In this document: positions 23,408-32,826 of the stretch, piece by piece
Layout: each line of letters begins with the position of its first letter
How positions within the stretch are numbered: the first letter of the stretch is position 1
DNA from: Escherichia phage OSYSP
Strand: one strand, 5' to 3'
DNA: 64,000 nt
Sequence record: MF402939
Translations under genes and position numbers: made by a program
Notes under the pieces: model-generated
The model's database searches: none
What the model was told of the DNA's origin: nothing
What the model saw: only the letters and a program-made list of their open reading frames with translations

Positions 23408-25738
23408 TTATAGCTGGCAACCACCAGAAGCACAACCCGCTGCTTCTTCTCCAGCACCTCCACCATTTGCGGTATTGAAGTTAGCATAATACCAAGTTTT
23501 CCACCCATACTTAACAGCAGTCATGAAATCACGAACTACTACTGGGCCAGGAATAATTTCATTCTCAAACTTGGTGTAGTCATAGTACATATTCGTGCTG
23601 ATAGACTGACTGAAGAATTTCTGCATAGTTGCTACCCATTTGATCCACTCGATACGATCTACATCATAAGCCAATTTATAGCTCATTAACGTTTCCCAAT
23701 CGGTTGCACCTGGAGCAATTGCAATTACTTTATTTACTGCACTACCTTTGATAGATACAATCTTACGAGGTGGTTCGATAGAGTTAGTAACACCTAACAG
23801 AACAGAAGAACTTTCTCCCGGCATCTGAGCAGTCAGAACAGAGTTACGCATACCATATTTCAGAATATCTGCACGCAGAGACTCCCAATCCATTTCTAGA
23901 CCTACGGATACCAGTTCATCAACAGTTTTCTTGTACGTGTCGATTACCAGAATTCCTTTAGATGGTTTAGTACGATCAAACCACTCACATGCGCCCTGTT
24001 CTTTAGCCAGGCGTACGGAGGCTTTATGCAGGAAGTAAGATAGTTTTTCAGCCTCACGGTGGATCCAGTTACGAGCTTCAATACCTTCGTAAGCCAGACC
24101 TTCTGCTGCCATTGCACCTGCTGCGTTCATTAGTCCAATACCAACATTACGACGTTTCTTAGCTGTATATTCCATAGTTGGGAACGGATAATCCTGAATT
24201 TCAATAATTGTATCAACGAATTTCAGAAGGATATAGCAAGTTTTTTCCCACTCAGCCAGAGATTCCATGCGCCCAAGTACAACACCACCTAAGTTACACA
24301 GAGATACTTCACCAATATCCTCCGGCTTCATTTGATCAAGCTGCTCTTTTGTCTTGTACAGCTCTGTAATGTGATGGAACGGGCGTGTAGGCTGAGTAAT
24401 CTCAACACAAAGGTTTGTCATACGGATCGGATCAAGGAAGTTACCGTGACGATTAGATTCCCCGATGTGATGAGCATACATACGTCCTGTTTCCATTCGG
24501 ATACGTAGCCAAGTATCTAGGATTTCTTTTGCAGAGACTTTAGGAGCTGCTGGAACTGTTTTTCCTTCGTGGTCGATCTTTGTAAGAGATGCCACACGTT
24601 TCTCCGCTGCCACGTAGGTTTCTTCAAATTTGGCCTCGTCATCACTATAAAACGCTTCATGAACTTCTGGAGCATAGAAGTATGACATTAGCGTAATATC
24701 TTCGTTTTTAAGATAACGTTTTAACAAAAGATTGTTAAAGCTCAGAGAATAATCCATCTTATCGATTTTATTCTCATCTGTAGCACGTTGTTGCTTAACC
24801 TGCATCAATTGAATGATTTCAGGGTCGAAGTACGGATAAGACACTGTGGCAGAACCACCACGAGTTTGCTGGGTATTGGCCTTTACTGAGCGGTCAATGT
24901 GTCGATAATATGGCAGTTTTCCGGAATGCGGGAATGCCCCATTTCGCACCGGATCAGCAATTGATCGGCTTTCAAGATGATACCCGATTCCCGCCCTGGC
25001 TGCGACCATTTTGAAGACGATGTGCTCGGCGGTGTCGATTGAATCCAACGTGTCAGTGGAATCCACGAGGCAGCAACTAGCAAATCCACGGTCACTAGAG
25101 CGCAGACCAACCAGTGGCGGCGTAGGAACGTTGATTTTGTGGAGTGACATTGCGTTGTAGAGGTCGATTGCATCTAGAATTGTCCAGTTAGGTTGAGATA
25201 GCATCGCCATTGCCATACCCATGTAGGCAAACTGCGGAGTTTCATAAATTTCACCAGTGGCTATGTTACGACGGGAATACTTATCAAAGAACTGCTTCAG
25301 TCCACCACTAGTAAAAAGTCGGTCACGATCATGGTCGATAACCTGATTCAGAGCTTCAAATTGCTCATCGGTAATCCATGCACTCATGTCTTCCCATGCA
25401 CCTACGCTAACCATATGGTCATGGAAGAAGCGTAGAGAAGGTGGTTCGAAAGAGTCATAAAGGCGCTTACGCATTTGCGCAAGACGTAATTCCTTTGCTG
25501 GCACATCGTATGCTGGATTATCTTTAATAAGACTTTCAGCAGCTTTAATTAATGCATCCATCAGAGTGTCGGAATCTACAACCCCTTTAGGCAGAGTTTT
25601 TTGAGCAGCCATAGTAATGGCTGACCAACTTACATCAACTGTTTTGCAACCATACTCTGCCCAACCATTGAGTTTTTCAGGAGCAAAGTCTTCTACAGTA
25701 CCGTCACGTTTAATTACTTTTTCAATGCGATGGCTCAT
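23408..25738 (-). CDS. nrdA: ribonucleotide reductase class Ia alpha subunit
   Basis: Start set at ATG (MSHRIEKVIKRDG, ATP-cone) with AAGGA SD; the longer track ORF (to 25843) would start upstream of the apparent promoter; C-terminal Cys pair. Confidence 0.85.
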   Translation of the reverse strand: MSHRIEKVIKRDGTVEDFAPEKLNGWAEYGCKTVDVSWSAITMAAQKTLPKGVVDSDTLMDALIKAAESLIKDNPAYDVPAKELRLAQMRKRLYDSFEPPSLRFFHDHMVSVGAWEDMSAWITDEQFEALNQVIDHDRDRLFTSGGLKQFFDKYSRRNIATGEIYETPQFAYMGMAMAMLSQPNWTILDAIDLYNAMSLHKINVPTPPLVGLRSSDRGFASCCLVDSTDTLDSIDTAEHIVFKMVAARAGIGYHLESRSIADPVRNGAFPHSGKLPYYRHIDRSVKANTQQTRGGSATVSYPYFDPEIIQLMQVKQQRATDENKIDKMDYSLSFNNLLLKRYLKNEDITLMSYFYAPEVHEAFYSDDEAKFEETYVAAEKRVASLTKIDHEGKTVPAAPKVSAKEILDTWLRIRMETGRMYAHHIGESNRHGNFLDPIRMTNLCVEITQPTRPFHHITELYKTKEQLDQMKPEDIGEVSLCNLGGVVLGRMESLAEWEKTCYILLKFVDTIIEIQDYPFPTMEYTAKKRRNVGIGLMNAAGAMAAEGLAYEGIEARNWIHREAEKLSYFLHKASVRLAKEQGACEWFDRTKPSKGILVIDTYKKTVDELVSVGLEMDWESLRADILKYGMRNSVLTAQMPGESSSVLLGVTNSIEPPRKIVSIKGSAVNKVIAIAPGATDWETLMSYKLAYDVDRIEWIKWVATMQKFFSQSISTNMYYDYTKFENEIIPGPVVVRDFMTAVKYGWKTWYYANFNTANGGGAGEEAAGCASGGCQL

Positions 25739-25820
25739 TTGGCTTTCCTTTTTATAGTTATCAGGATTTAGGAAATAGTTTACTTTATTCTCAGTCATTT
25801 GGCAAATAAAATTTTCTGAT

Positions 25821-25856
25821 AGAAAAGGCCCGAGTATTTTCATACCCAGGCCTTAT
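25821..25856 (-). terminator. rho-independent terminator upstream of nrdA
   Basis: 10-bp stem (two G-U) plus T-run on minus strand after stop of CDS 25860-26102. Confidence 0.45.
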
Positions 25857-25859
25857 GTA

Positions 25860-26102
25860 TTACCAGTCTAGCTTTTTAGCTTGTTCAATTACTTTAGCTC
25901 TAGCTACTTCTTTTAATAGAATATCTATGGAAGTGCTTAGCTCATTATAGTTGAACGGTTTATTCGGATTTGAGGTTACAATTTTCCACGCTAGGGTAGT
26001 CTTAGGACTTTCTTCCCCTTCCTTACGTGTAATCATATTAGCAGCACTCAGTGAAGTACGATGTATTTTAGTTTTACGGTGTAGGTGTACGACGTTTCCC
26101 AT
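25860..26102 (-). CDS. hypothetical protein (80 aa)
   Basis: Track ORF 25860-26171 trimmed to ATG located 1 nt after phoH stop. Confidence 0.5.
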   Translation of the reverse strand: MGNVVHLHRKTKIHRTSLSAANMITRKEGEESPKTTLAWKIVTSNPNKPFNYNELSTSIDILLKEVARAKVIEQAKKLDW

Positions 26103-26103
26103 A

Positions 26104-26865
26104 TTACACCTTCCCCATGTCTTTAAAAATATCGTAGAATGCTTTAGACTCAGCAGAACGAACGTTATCAATCAATTCGATCATTGAGAATGGAGCATTT
26201 TCATATTTCTCATAAACTTCCATAAGAAGTGCTAGACCTGAGTCACCTTTAATGTCTTTCTGAGCTATATCTCCGCAGATAATTAAACGGCAGTCTTGTC
26301 CCACACGAGTTAGGAGACAAACCATTGCCTCAACGGAAATATTCTGAGCTTCATCGACAATTACATAGGAGTTGTTGAAAGTTCTGCCACGAGCATGTTC
26401 TATAGCCAAAAATTTAATTTTCTGACGTTCGACATATCCCTTATAGGCATGATCACCGATGGCCCATTTCATACCATCAGCTATTGGCTCCAACCAAGGC
26501 TCTAGCTTTTCTGCTAGATCACCAGGAAGCATACCAAGAGACTTACCTAGAGGTTCATTAGGACGTACGAGAATCACTTGCTCAATATCTGAGTGAATGT
26601 CTACGAGTTCCTGAGCTGCAAGAACGGACGGGATAAAGGTTTTACCGGTACCTGGCTCACCGATGCCCACAGTCACTGTGTTGTTCTTGATCATATTGAT
26701 ATATGATTTTTGCTCTCGGTTTTTACCTACTAGGGATTTAGCAACTGGGTTAGCGTAATCATTAGAAAAATCAGCCTGAATTACGTTATTCTCATATTTG
26801 TTGCCACGCTTTCTTGAACCATTGCGGTTCTCTCTTTTTTGACGTGCTTTTCCCATAAATAACAC
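26104..26865 (-). CDS. phoH: PhoH-like ATPase
   Basis: 253 aa; Walker A GEPGTGKT and PhoH-like core; AGGAG SD. Confidence 0.85.
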   Translation of the reverse strand: MLFMGKARQKRENRNGSRKRGNKYENNVIQADFSNDYANPVAKSLVGKNREQKSYINMIKNNTVTVGIGEPGTGKTFIPSVLAAQELVDIHSDIEQVILVRPNEPLGKSLGMLPGDLAEKLEPWLEPIADGMKWAIGDHAYKGYVERQKIKFLAIEHARGRTFNNSYVIVDEAQNISVEAMVCLLTRVGQDCRLIICGDIAQKDIKGDSGLALLMEVYEKYENAPFSMIELIDNVRSAESKAFYDIFKDMGKV

Positions 26866-26929
26866 TCCTATAGTGTACTTCGCTAACAGAGGATCAACAA
26901 AAAGATCTTGTTTATCAACTTACAAATAT

Positions 26930-26958
26930 ATTATACCAGTATATGCAGTAAAAAGCAA
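26930..26958 (-). promoter_or_regulatory. sigma70-type early promoter (TTGCTT-17-TATAAT) for phoH-nrd operon
   Basis: Perfect hexamers on minus strand; divergent control region 26866-27226 also holds promoters near 27004-27032 (+) and 27060-27090 (-). Confidence 0.7.
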
Positions 26959-27168
26959 CTACAATTTTAAATAAGCCTATGATATTGCATTTAAATAAAA
27001 AATTTGCTTGCTTTTAATGGGAAATGTATGATATTAGATAATCATTTTATATCGCGTACATAGGCGCGTGATTATACTATTTTAAGTACAAAATAGCAAA
27101 TAAATTTTTTAACAATTTGCTAACCTTTTAGCACAGATCAAAATACAATATCTAAGAGAAAAATTATA

Positions 27169-27198
27169 TTGACATTTGCCCTTGAATAAGCTATAATA
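27169..27198 (+). promoter_or_regulatory. sigma70 promoter (TTGACA-18-TATAAT) for nrdD
   Basis: Perfect -35 and -10 hexamers. Confidence 0.7.
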
Positions 27199-27226
27199 GT
27201 AGTCTTAGTTAGAGAAGGAGAGTATA

Positions 27227-29101
27227 ATGAATCGCAATGATGAACTAAAATACAAGGAAATGCAGTCCTTGATTAGAAACTGCAAAGAAATTATTGAGGG
27301 TTCTGCTGATGAAGAGCTTCTCTTTAATAATGCGAATAAACCCTCTGAGCGTTTCCCTACACAAAGGGATATGCTTGCAGGGGAATTGAGTAAATATCTG
27401 ATTCTAGAAGAAATGCCAATTCAGATTCGAAATGCTCATATGATTGGTGATATTCACTTTCATGATGCTGATTACGCTGCTTTAGGCATGACTAACTGTT
27501 GTCTAGTAGCCCTGGAAGATATGTTGAAAAATGGTATGAAAGTTGGTAATGCTGAAATTAGCACTCCAAATTCTATTACTACTGCGGCTGCTATTACAGC
27601 TCAGATTATCACACAGGTTAGCTCCCATCAGTATGGTGGTACTTCTGTAGACCGATTAGATGAAGTATTGGCTCCTTATGTTCGTAAGTCTTACGATAAG
27701 AATCATGCGTTTGCAAAACGTTGGACTAAGGACGAAGCCAAAGCATCAGTAATGGCTACGGAGATGACTGAAAAAGAAGTCTATGATGCTTGTCAGGGTC
27801 TAGAGTATGAAATCAATACGATGTTCAACTCTAATGGTCAGAGTCCATTTATTACCTTTGGTTTTGGTCTAGGAACTTCTTGGGAATCACGTCTAGTACA
27901 GAAAGCAATACTGAAAGTACGTATGGATGGCCTAGGCATCAATAAACGTACAGCTATCTTTCCTAAACTGGTGTTTGTTCTGCGCGATGGCGTAAATATG
28001 AAGCCAGGAGATGTTAATTATGACATCAAGAAGTTAGCTATGAAATGTACTGCTGAACGTATGTATCCAGACTATATCAGCTATGATAAGGTTGTGGAAG
28101 TTACTGGTGACTATAAAGTTTCTATGGGCTGCCGTTCATTCCTAGCTGCTGCAGAAGATGGTGAAACTGCCGGTCGTAATAACTTAGGTGTTGTTTCTGT
28201 AAACTTGCCTAGAATTGCTATCGAAGCTGAAGGGAATATTGATCTATTCTTTGATTTGCTTGAGTTACGTGTGGATACAGCGTTAAAAGCATTGGAGTGG
28301 AGGGTTGATCGCTTAAAATACATTCAAGCTAAAGCCGCACCCATCCTCTATATGTCAGGAGCCTTTGGATTACGCTTAGGGCCTGATGAGTATGTATTCG
28401 ATCATTTCTATAACCGTGCTTCTGTATCTCTGGGGTATATTGGTTGCCATGAAATGCTACAGTTCATGTTTGGCAAAGATGTAGATACAATGTCAGATAC
28501 CTGTATTAAGTTTGTACAACGTGTTCTACAGTATATGCGGGATAGAGTGGATCAGAAGAAGGAAGAGACTCAGTTAGGCTATAGTCTGTATGCTACACCA
28601 TCTGAATCCTTATGTGATCGTTTCTGTCGTTTAGATCGTGAATATTTTCCAGAGCATGAAGATATTCTTGGTAAAGGTTACTACACTAACTCACACCACC
28701 TCGATGTGGAGCGTAAGGTTGCTCCAAACGTGAAGTTTGACTATGAATCTAATTTTACTCCAATTGCATCTGGTGGGTGTATTTCCTACGTGGAATTACC
28801 AGACATGAAACGATTCCCAGATGCACTGGAATGGGTTATTAACTATGCTGCTAGTAAGGTTCATTACTTCGGTATTAATACTCCAGTGGATTCCTGTGGT
28901 AAATGTGGATTCTTAGGTGAAACAGTAGCATCCGAAGATGGATTCAAGTGCCCTATCTGTGGTAATCATGACCCTGAAACTCTTGAAGTAACTCGTCGAG
29001 TTTGTGGGTATCTTGGAAATCCAGGCGCTCGTCCATTTAACCCAGGCAAACAACATGAGGTTATGGGCAGGGTGAAACATCAGGATATTCGAGCTAAATA
29101 A
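27227..29101 (+). CDS. nrdD: anaerobic ribonucleoside-triphosphate reductase (class III)
   Basis: 624 aa; C-terminal glycyl-radical motif RVCGYLG and preceding Cys cluster (CGKCGF...CPICG); AAGGAGAG SD. Confidence 0.85.
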   Translation: MNRNDELKYKEMQSLIRNCKEIIEGSADEELLFNNANKPSERFPTQRDMLAGELSKYLILEEMPIQIRNAHMIGDIHFHDADYAALGMTNCCLVALEDMLKNGMKVGNAEISTPNSITTAAAITAQIITQVSSHQYGGTSVDRLDEVLAPYVRKSYDKNHAFAKRWTKDEAKASVMATEMTEKEVYDACQGLEYEINTMFNSNGQSPFITFGFGLGTSWESRLVQKAILKVRMDGLGINKRTAIFPKLVFVLRDGVNMKPGDVNYDIKKLAMKCTAERMYPDYISYDKVVEVTGDYKVSMGCRSFLAAAEDGETAGRNNLGVVSVNLPRIAIEAEGNIDLFFDLLELRVDTALKALEWRVDRLKYIQAKAAPILYMSGAFGLRLGPDEYVFDHFYNRASVSLGYIGCHEMLQFMFGKDVDTMSDTCIKFVQRVLQYMRDRVDQKKEETQLGYSLYATPSESLCDRFCRLDREYFPEHEDILGKGYYTNSHHLDVERKVAPNVKFDYESNFTPIASGGCISYVELPDMKRFPDALEWVINYAASKVHYFGINTPVDSCGKCGFLGETVASEDGFKCPICGNHDPETLEVTRRVCGYLGNPGARPFNPGKQHEVMGRVKHQDIRAK

Positions 29102-29108
29102 GCTAATC

Positions 29109-29142
29109 AGCCAGGTTGCTAGTCGACCTGGCTTTTATTTTA
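29109..29142 (+). terminator. rho-independent terminator after nrdD
   Basis: 8-bp stem AGCCAGGT/ACCTGGCT followed by TTTTATTTTATTT. Confidence 0.65.
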
Positions 29143-29143
29143 T

Positions 29144-29172
29144 TTGCTTTCAGCTAAAAATTTATGTATAAT
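29144..29172 (+). promoter_or_regulatory. sigma70 promoter (TTGCTT-17-TATAAT) with downstream ATAAATTTGAGGGGAG box
   Basis: Consensus hexamers. Confidence 0.65.
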
Positions 29173-29200
29173 AGATTTATAAATTTGAGGGGAGAAAGAT

Positions 29201-29482
29201 ATGAGCGAATTGCTTCCGAAAGTAGATGTTTCTCATCTTGGAGAGCCTAGTGAAGAACGTAAGGCTCTTGATTGGTTGGGTGGATTTGATTATCGTCGTG
29301 TTGTTGCAACATGGAATGATAAGAAAGTTAAGAAGTTTCGGGTACATTATGTAGGTAAAGACAAGTGGCTCTGGATTGATTATGAAGAATCGAAGGGGTC
29401 TACTAAGGCTGTGAAAATTTATTGTATGTATGGGTATTATTATGCTCACTGTGACAAGAATGAATTTACAGTACAGAACTAA
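29201..29482 (+). CDS. hypothetical protein (93 aa)
   Basis: ORF track; GAGGGGAG SD. Confidence 0.6.
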   Translation: MSELLPKVDVSHLGEPSEERKALDWLGGFDYRRVVATWNDKKVKKFRVHYVGKDKWLWIDYEESKGSTKAVKIYCMYGYYYAHCDKNEFTVQN

Positions 29483-29491
29483 GGAACAAGA

Positions 29492-29698
29492 ATGAAAAAC
29501 GTAAAACACCTTAAATATCGCTTAATTTACAACGGACGTATGGAAACAGAAGATCTGGCCCAATTAGCTATTAATTCTAATGAGGTTACAGTGCGTGCAC
29601 TGGCAATTGAAAAGTTGCGTGCTTCTTATGAAAGTCGTATTATGGAATTAGAGGAGAAACTTTATGGCATTCTCGAAGCCGATGCTACCCGGCAGTGA
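29492..29698 (+). CDS. hypothetical protein (68 aa)
   Basis: ORF track; AAGGA SD. Confidence 0.5.
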   Translation: MKNVKHLKYRLIYNGRMETEDLAQLAINSNEVTVRALAIEKLRASYESRIMELEEKLYGILEADATRQ

Positions 29699-29885
29699 TT
29701 TAAACACCGCTTTGGAAAACGCACTAATGCAGCACTGGGAAACTGGTTATAAGGATGGTGTTGAATCCTGCGCTACTATGCTAGAAGTTATTGCTAGTAC
29801 CTTAGTGGAGAAAGGTAATAAAGAATTGGCTGAGCTATTAGACAGTATTGGGCAAAACTTTAGAGAACAGGTGAAAAATGCGTAG
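29664..29885 (+). CDS. hypothetical protein (73 aa)
   Basis: ORF track; GAGGAG SD; overlaps previous ORF by 35 nt. Confidence 0.45.
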   Translation: MAFSKPMLPGSDLNTALENALMQHWETGYKDGVESCATMLEVIASTLVEKGNKELAELLDSIGQNFREQVKNA

Positions 29886-30702
29886 ATTAATTATTATCAG
29901 TGGTGCAGGTTTGAGTGTTGAAAGCGGTGTACGAGCCTTCCGTACTGATACTGCTAGTGGTAAAGCATTGTGGGATGATTATGATTTAGAAGAGGTATGT
30001 AGTATTCATGCCTTTCGTGGTAACTTTTATCATAAAACCCATATGTTTTACAACAAGCGACGTGAAGAGCTAAAAACTGTTGAGCCTAACCTTGCGCATC
30101 TTCGTATTGGTGAGTGGTATAAGAAATATCCGGGTCAAGTAGTAAATTTGACTACTAACGTTGATGACCTTATTGAGCGTGCTGGTGTTCCCCATAATGA
30201 TATTCTCCACATTCATGGATACTTAAAGGAGGTTGTTGTAGCTGATAGCTACAATAGTAGTAATAAACGAATTATTGATGTTGGGTATAACTCTATTGAT
30301 CCGGATGATTATAAATGGGTTAAACCTAATGTAATCTTCTTTGGGGAGCATGCTCCAGCGTACGCAGAAATGTACAATATTTTTGATGGTATTACCAGTC
30401 AAGATATGGTCGTTGTAGTTGGTTGCTCTAACCAAGTAATTAACTTCTACTGGGAATTATTCCCTGTTCTTAACCGTACTGCTGCGAAACTTATGGTGGT
30501 TAACTACTACGATAGTGCCCTAGCGGCAGAACCAGGTTATCAAGGTATGACTCGTAGTGAGATGTACCAGTTGGAAGAACGCGGTATCCCCTACTGGAGT
30601 AAAGGTGCGGTAGATGCTTTCAGTGATCCTGGTTTTATTGCTCGTGTAGAAGCTCATCTAGAGGGTAGACCTTATATGCCGGGAAAACAGATATGTCCAT
30701 AG
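29878..30702 (+). CDS. Sir2 (sirtuin)-like NAD-binding protein
   Basis: 274 aa; N-terminal IISGAGLSVESGVRAFR matches the sirtuin GAGxS..SGIP.FR NAD-binding motif; TTNVDDL and HIHG motifs; no zinc-binding Cys pairs seen. Confidence 0.6.
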   Translation: MRRLIIISGAGLSVESGVRAFRTDTASGKALWDDYDLEEVCSIHAFRGNFYHKTHMFYNKRREELKTVEPNLAHLRIGEWYKKYPGQVVNLTTNVDDLIERAGVPHNDILHIHGYLKEVVVADSYNSSNKRIIDVGYNSIDPDDYKWVKPNVIFFGEHAPAYAEMYNIFDGITSQDMVVVVGCSNQVINFYWELFPVLNRTAAKLMVVNYYDSALAAEPGYQGMTRSEMYQLEERGIPYWSKGAVDAFSDPGFIARVEAHLEGRPYMPGKQICP

Positions 30703-30875
30703 TTAAATCTGTGTATACACATCCAGATGATATATTTGTATGGGCGGATGGTAGTTGGTGCTATCGATGTGAGTTATGGGAAATGGACTATAAATCTGAT
30801 GACTATGGTGTCATATATGTTGATACGGTTGAGTATGATACGTTCTTAGAAAGGGACAAAAATGGAAATAAGTAA
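30693..30875 (+). CDS. hypothetical protein (60 aa)
   Basis: ORF track; overlaps both neighbours by a few nt. Confidence 0.4.
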   Translation: MSIVKSVYTHPDDIFVWADGSWCYRCELWEMDYKSDDYGVIYVDTVEYDTFLERDKNGNK

Positions 30876-31368
30876 TACTCCAATTATTTTTCTAGATATT
30901 GATGGGGTGCTCAACTCGAGCATCTCCCATCACCATGCACCTGATGATGAAAAGATTTTCTTTGGAAGTGACTGGGTTTTTAAACCGCTTCTCAAGGCTT
31001 TTCAGGACTTTATTCGTCCTTCCCCAATAATGATTGTTGGGGTATCTTCATGGTTCTCTGTCAGGAATGAGATGGAGAACGTTCAGATTATGACCGGATT
31101 AGATCTTATCGATCGTTTTCTTGGTACAACGGATTTTACTGGTGGTGGGCTATCTAGGGGTAATTCTGTTCTTCGCTTCGTTGAAAAACACAAGCTCAAA
31201 CATTGGTGTGTGCTGGATGATGCTGGTGCTATGATGTATCAGTATCCAACGGTTATAGTCAATGGTAGAACTGGAATAAATCTTCAAGATTTAAGAGCTG
31301 TTAGCTATATGTTAGAATTTAGTCCAGATCTTGAAATGTGTAAAGCCCTACAACAATTTAAGGTGTAA
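30862..31368 (+). CDS. HAD-superfamily phosphatase-like protein (possible deoxynucleotide monophosphatase)
   Basis: 168 aa; N-terminal FLDIDGVL motif (DxDx(T/V) nucleophile) typical of HAD hydrolases. Confidence 0.55.
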   Translation: MEISNTPIIFLDIDGVLNSSISHHHAPDDEKIFFGSDWVFKPLLKAFQDFIRPSPIMIVGVSSWFSVRNEMENVQIMTGLDLIDRFLGTTDFTGGGLSRGNSVLRFVEKHKLKHWCVLDDAGAMMYQYPTVIVNGRTGINLQDLRAVSYMLEFSPDLEMCKALQQFKV

Positions 31369-31370
31369 AT

Positions 31371-31799
31371 ATGTTCAATAATGTATTCTCTAAAGAGGCT
31401 AACCCGATATTGGTTAATTTTTGGCGTACTCTTCCAGCCAACCTGTACAATGAGGCTATTAATGCTCTGAAAATATGGTGTGAGAATAATGAAATCTCCT
31501 TTGCTTTTAAAGGCGAGATTGAGGAGGCTCCCTGTATTGGTTTAATTGTGCAGGTGGAGGATGGTCTTGAAGAGATTGTCGGCTGGAAAGAGTTGGATGA
31601 AATGGGCTTGGTTTTTGCGTTAAACTATAAGCTATTTATGCCCAATAAACACCGTATTGTTGTTAACTATAAAACCAATGAATCTCCTGGTTTTCAAGTT
31701 AATGAACGGTATGGTTGGTCTTACTCACCAGAAGAAGTAAATGATGGTATCCAAAAACTTCGTCGTTTTGGTTATCAAATTCCGGGTTTAACCGCCTAA
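31371..31799 (+). CDS. hypothetical protein, paralog A (142 aa)
   Basis: ORF track; AAGGTG SD; shares PCIG...W.ELD.MGL..ALN..LF.P motif with next ORF. Confidence 0.6.
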   Translation: MFNNVFSKEANPILVNFWRTLPANLYNEAINALKIWCENNEISFAFKGEIEEAPCIGLIVQVEDGLEEIVGWKELDEMGLVFALNYKLFMPNKHRIVVNYKTNESPGFQVNERYGWSYSPEEVNDGIQKLRRFGYQIPGLTA

Positions 31800-31808
31800 G
31801 GGGGCACA

Positions 31809-32207
31809 ATGGAACAAGTATATTGGCGTCAGATTGATCCTAGTTTGGTGAAGCGTGCGGAGAAGCTGCTACAACGTTGGTTGGGGGTAAGACAAGCCTC
31901 CTTCACTTTTCCGGAGCAGCAAATAGACGATCCCTGTATTGGTGTTTTCCTATCAGGCTACGCTAGGGAATGGGAATGGGAATTGGATTGGAATGAGTTG
32001 TCTGCTATGGGTTTAATTGTTGCCCTAAATTTCTCTTTGTTCCATCCACGTGGTTTGGCTATATGTCGTATGCCTGATGATGGTTGTTCACCCCATCTTT
32101 TACAGGTGGAAGATGATATTTGGGAGTACACTCCAGATATTCTCAAAGAAGCTAAAGAACAGTTAAACCATGTTGGGATCTATGTTCCAGGCTTGAATGA
32201 TGAATGA
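31809..32207 (+). CDS. hypothetical protein, paralog B (132 aa)
   Basis: ORF track; AAGGGGG SD; similar to preceding ORF. Confidence 0.6.
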   Translation: MEQVYWRQIDPSLVKRAEKLLQRWLGVRQASFTFPEQQIDDPCIGVFLSGYAREWEWELDWNELSAMGLIVALNFSLFHPRGLAICRMPDDGCSPHLLQVEDDIWEYTPDILKEAKEQLNHVGIYVPGLNDE

Positions 32208-32231
32208 TTTTTATTAGCTGAACTCTGATTA

Positions 32232-32256
32232 CCGAGTCATTTTGGCTCGGTTTTAT
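32232..32256 (+). terminator. possible intrinsic terminator
   Basis: CCGAG-loop-CTCGG hairpin followed by TTTTAT. Confidence 0.35.
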
Positions 32257-32298
32257 CCGTACTCAAGACCAATGATAGCACCATCCGGAAAATTTTAC

Positions 32299-32327
32299 TT
32301 GCAGGATGCCCAAAATCTTGATATAAT
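32299..32327 (+). promoter_or_regulatory. sigma70 promoter (TTGCAG-17-TATAAT, extended -10 TGATATAAT)
   Basis: Hexamers read directly; followed by about 500 nt of ORF-free leader. Confidence 0.6.
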
Positions 32328-32826
32328 ATTTATATTGAATTGAGAGACATTAGTAAAAATTGATTTTGCTAATTTTTCTTGTTTACAATCCGCGATACGG
32401 AACAGTTAGGCTGCCCCATTAAGGGTTGTTTTAACTGTTACGTGTTAGTTTTTAAACAAATAATTAATAGAATACTTAGCGATCTGCGTCCCGTAGGAAC
32501 CCTGGTAAGGCCTCGAAGCAACCTAGATAGAGGTGGTTGTGAAGTGAGACGGGAGGAGTGAAAAACTCCGAGACGTGATTCTGTAAGTTATATTGCATCT
32601 AGTATGAGCTAGTATATGAAGCATTAGGTGAGCAAATCTGGCTTAGCGGCCATCCTCAAGGATTTGTGCGGTATAGCAAAGCAGCAGCGCAGCGTGAAAG
32701 TGGAAGTTGCCACCCCACTTCAGTATTTGCGATTAATTTGTTGAGAAATTGACAGTAACAGTTGTTCTATTCTTTCTGAATAGTCCTAAAGAAAACTTAT
32801 TTCATTTCCAATACAGGAGTATTGTT

